In this document: positions 59,995-64,000 of the stretch, one piece after another
How the letters are laid out: each line of letters opens with the position of its first letter
How positions within the stretch are numbered: position 1 is the stretch's first letter
Source of the DNA: Raja brachyura
Taxonomy: Eukaryota
NCBI GenBank assembly: GCA_963514005.1
Contig: OY740804.1
Span: 19,530,001 to 19,594,000, forward strand
DNA: 64,000 nt
Reading direction: 5' to 3'
Program-made: the position numbers and the translations under genes
Notes under the pieces: model-generated
What the model was told of the DNA's origin: nothing
Seen by the model: only the letters and a program-made list of their open reading frames with translations
Databases searched by the model: none

Positions 59995-62900
59995 AAAAAA
60001 ATAAATGCTGAAAAGGCATTTGATCAGGTGGAATGGCCCTATCTTTTTTTCTGTGATGGAAAATTTTCAGCTGGGTGAGAAGTTTTGTACATGGGTTAAA
60101 CTCCGATATACTAACCCAACAGCTTCTTCTTCGAGTCCGTTGCAATCTCAGATGTCGTTCTGCCAGTATCTGGCGCAGGTCACAGCTGGTCGGGTGGGTT
60201 CAGCCAGGTCCTGGGGGCTGCACTGGGGGGCGTCGTCACACTTCAGTAGGTGGGACATTGTCTGTACTGCTCCACAGCTGCATGTGTCTTCTGCCTGGTA
60301 GTTCCATGCTTTCATAAGTGCTTTGCACCTCCCCTGCTCCACTCGTAATCTGTTGAGGGTCGTCCAGGTTGGCCATGGGAGGTCGTGCCCGCTGGCGAAG
60401 CATTCAGTCGGAGTAATTCCTCTCTCCATCCAGTCGTGAGCTCGTGTGTTGAGCTGGTTCCATTCATCTTTCCAGATGTTGGTCCTTGCTGTTTCTTTGG
60501 TTGTCTGGAGAGGTGGAACTGCAAGAAACTGGCTCTGGATTTCAGTCGGGGTGGAGGTGCTGTGTGTCCGTGTAGGGGGTGCCTGGTATCGATCTCCTCT
60601 CCACTTGTCTTGGGCGACGATGGATCATCTGATATGGGGGGGGGGGGGAGGGGGGGCAATACCAGCTATGGCGTAGAGGCAAGGGACTGGCGTTGTCTTT
60701 ATGCATCCCGTGATAATGCGGCAGGTGTCGTTGAGGGCTGCGTCAACCAGTTTGGTGTGGTGGGAGCGGCTCCAGCTTGAGAACGCGTATTCAGCTGTGG
60801 AGAAGCACAGGGCTAGGGCAGTTGCACGGATGGTTGGTGGATCAGCGCCCCACTTTGAGTTTACCAGTTTGTGCAGGATGTTGTTGCGAGTGTTGGCCTT
60901 GGCTTTGGTGTTCTAAAGGTGGGTTTTGAAAGAGAGTGTCCTGTCGAGTGTGACTCCGAGGTACACGGGGTGGAAGTGGTTGGAGAGTTTGTGGCCATCC
61001 CATGAGACGCTCAGTTGTTTGCCTGCATCTGGATTTTTAAGATGGAAGCTGCATAGTTGGGTTTTTGATGGGTTGGGTTTCAGGTGGTTGTTATTGTAGT
61101 AGGTTGTCATCTCTTGGAGGGCGCTTTCCAGGACAGACTCGATCTTCTGGAAGTTCTCCTGTTGGGTGGTGATGCAGAGGTCATCAACATAGATGAAGCG
61201 GCAGCATTGTGGGGGAAGTGGTTGGTTGGTGTAGATGTTGAAGAGGAGGGGGGCCGGTACGCTGCCTTGTGGTAGGCCATTCTTTTGGGCTTTCCATTTG
61301 CTCATCTTGTCATTTAGTTCAACGAAGAAGCGCTTGTTGTTGAGAAGGCTTTTGATGACTTGGCACAGGTGGAGGTCACCAGTCATGTCAAAAAGTTTCC
61401 TGATCATGGTGCGGTGCTGGACAGTTTCGTAGGCAGCGGTGAGGTCTATGAAAGCTGCTCCGGTGATGAGTTTGCACTCAAAACCGTCCTCAATGTGTTA
61501 GGTGAGGTTCAGTAGTTGCCCGGCACAGGAGCGGCCAGGGTGGAAGCCAGCTTGATCTTTAGTAAGCTTGGGGTCTATGAGTGGCTAAGGCGTTGGAGTA
61601 GTAGCCTCTCGTAGAGCTTGTAGGTGATGCAGAGGAGGGAAATGGGTCTGTAGCTCTTTGGGGATGATGGGTCCTTTCCAGGTTTGGGAATTGCGACAGT
61701 CTTGGCCTTTCTCCATACAGGTGGGGTTATTTTCTGTCCCATGCATGAGTTCAGCATTGCTAGGAGCCAGGTCTTTGCTTTAGGTCCCAGGTGCTGTATC
61801 ATTTCCACCAGTACATCATCGATTCCTGCTGCTTTCCCAGATTTCAGCATGCTCATTGCAGCTTCGAGTTCTTCTAGGTCGAAGGGCTTGGTGAGAGCGC
61901 TGGCTGGTTGTAGGCGGTCTGTTACCGCTGTCCGGCGGCATTCTCCTGTGGATCTGCGCCGGTTTTGGCTACGACCGTTTGCCACCAGCTGTGCTGCAAC
62001 TGAGTTTGCTGTGACTGTTGTGAGCGTGGGCGGTGTGGTATGGTCTTCGCCGAAGCGGCGGATTGTGGCCCATGCCTTCCTGCTGTTATTGGTCATGTTG
62101 GTGTTTTCTATCAACTCCTTCCAGACTTGCCTTCGGTCCTCCCCGACTGTGTTCAACAGGATCTCGCCGAGTTCCATGGTGGTGGAGGAGAAAGGGTCCT
62201 CGTGGTATGCCCCGTGGTAGGCTTTCAGTAGATCGCTGGATGTTTCCGGCAGCCCGGGGATGGCATCCTCTTGGTATATGTCGCCTGGCTGACCTTTTCA
62301 CCAGTTCTGTGAACATGGTATAGTTGTTGGGGTGTGATGGAATGCTGGGGATGGAGTCTTCGATCTCCTGTTGGAATGACAGCCAGTCGGCCTTCCGCAG
62401 ATTGAACCTTCTGCGGAAGGGGACGGTTGTTGCTTGGAGAGCGGATCGGATGGTTATGGTGATTGGCCGGTGTTGCGTATGGGGGATAGGGTCCAGGACC
62501 TCTTTCACAGTTCTGAATGATAGTTCGCTGCTCACACAAACAAGGTCTGGTTTATATCCTCGTTTCCATCTGGCACTGTGGAAAGATTTTGGCAGTTTGG
62601 CGTCATGGATCAGGATCAGGTGTTTCGACTCGAGCCAGGTTTCGACTTCATCTGCATCTTGATTGTTCACTTCATAGCCCCACAATGAGCTATGGGCATT
62701 GAAGTCCCCAATGCTAATGTGGTATTTCCTCTTGCATCTGTCTGGCAGTTCAGAGTGGAGGAACGGACTTTGGGGGGGTTTATGCACTGATGTGACAGAT
62801 GTTTGGGAGGGCAACTGTGATGGTTTCCATTTGCCCTTCGGTGGTGTGGGTGCAGACCTCTTCGATCACGAGGTTTGGTCTGCTGAATACAGCTGACCCA

Positions 62901-64000
62901 TACTGTCTGTGTCGGATCTCGGCCACCAGCTTCATTCCAGGGATGGCTGGTCGGTGTTGTGTAGGGCTGGTGTGGGTTTCCTGCATGCACACTATGTCGA
63001 AGCGTTTGGCCGCTGTCGCTAGTATGTCTGCCTTGCATCTGGAGAAGCCTTCAATATTGATTGAGGCGATTGACAGTGCAGGCCCAACAGCTAGAATATT
63101 GACAAATCAAATGTTATCACCCAAATTCAATCTATCTAGATGTTGTAGACAAGGATGCCCATTATCTCCGTTATTATTTGCCCTAGCTATCGAACCACTT
63201 ACAGAAAGTGTTAGAGCCCACCCAGAAATGTATGGGTATAATACTAAAGATACAGTTAATAAAATTTCTTTATACGCAGATGATCTATTATTATACATCA
63301 CACACCCAGAAACTAGCATTCCAAATTTACTAAATCTTATAAATCAATTTGGCTCATTCTCGGGATATAGAATTAATTTGAATAAAAGTGAAATTATGCC
63401 AATAACGGAACGAAAACCCACATACATTGCAATAATCTCCTTTTAAAATAGTCTATGAAAAATATAAATATCTTGGAATTTATGTGACTAAGAAATATAC
63501 GTCTTTATTTAATTTAAATTTTCCTCCTTTACTTAATAAACTACATAAGAATATTCAGTATTGGAAAACACCATCTCAATGCTGGGTAGAATTAATGCCA
63601 TAAAAATGATTTTCTTCCACAATTACTGTACTTATTTCAATCAATTCCGATATATCTCCCAAAATATATATTTTTTTAACTTGACTCTATTGTTACACCC
63701 TTTATTTGGGATTTCAAGAACCAGAGAATAAATAAAAAACGTTTATGTAAATCCAAGATGAATGGAGGAATAGTCTTACCAATTTTTTTAATTTTATTTT
63801 TGGGCAGTTAATATTAAAAATATGACCTTCTGGTTGGAAGATATGGATCAACAACCAGATGGGTTAAAGATGGAAAAGGACGATTGTTTACCTTTTGAAA
63901 CTGGCTCGATCTTGTTAACCCCTACAAAATTGAATTAAAAAAACATAGTGAAAATCCGATAATATATAGTGGTATACGAACTTGGAAACAATTAAAAATT
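59995..64000 (+). mobile_element. AT-rich L1-clade LINE ORF2 (RT), split by the Vingi insertion and running off the right edge
   Basis: AEKAFDQVEWPYL..YTNPTA, then resumes ARILTN..RQGCPLSPLLFALAIEPL..SLYADD..FSGYRINLNKSE..KYLGI. Confidence 0.88.
60125..63082 (-). mobile_element. Vingi (Ingi-related) non-LTR retrotransposon, near-complete single ORF, with a 10-bp TSD
   Basis: TSD CCCAACAGCT at 60115-60124 and 63083-63092. EN: SINIEG, CMQETH, GDFNAH, KRGYKPDL, QHRP. RT: KNGLPQGSV, FIYVDD, YLGVTLDR. C-terminal CSCG..QTMSHLLKC and YWQNDI* end; no RNase H; short (AGA)n tail. Confidence 0.8.

Noticed and set aside
62799-63446. 215-aa ORF as a novel chimeric protein
   Set aside because: Chance read-through from antisense Vingi sequence across the TSD into the L1 RT.

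Overview
Repeat-dominated vertebrate genomic DNA. It is most likely from a cartilaginous fish (skate/ray-like), an inference from the mix of CR1 LINEs with (TTTCTATG)n tails, V-domain (HE1-type) SINEs, Penelope, Rex1 and DIRS elements. One spliced protein-coding gene can be built by hand on the + strand (ATG 28490, last exons about 56.7-57.2 kb). It is a CD2/SLAM-family immunoglobulin receptor: signal-peptide exon, cysteine-less IgV exon, four-cysteine IgC2 exon, transmembrane exon and small cytoplasmic exons, all with consensus splice sites and compatible phases. It has an ETS/RUNX/GC-box proximal promoter and no ITSM, and its C-terminus is entangled with a 31-bp minisatellite. A possible decayed IgV exon of a paralogue lies at about 15.0-15.4 kb. 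The rest is mostly nested, defective transposable elements: Rex1, Tx1-like L1, a near-complete DIRS1 (ITRs, ICR, gag, RT/RH/MT, YR), several CR1 copies (one with the ORF1 esterase), Penelope fragments, a full-length IR/DR Tc1, and a Vingi LINE with a 10-bp TSD inside an L1. There is also a recurrent short non-autonomous element with a conserved hairpin, three 31-32-bp minisatellites and a 2.7-kb polypyrimidine tract. The longest ORFs in the track (878, 699, 349 and 326 aa) are low-complexity artefacts. All family assignments come from motif recognition, not database searches.
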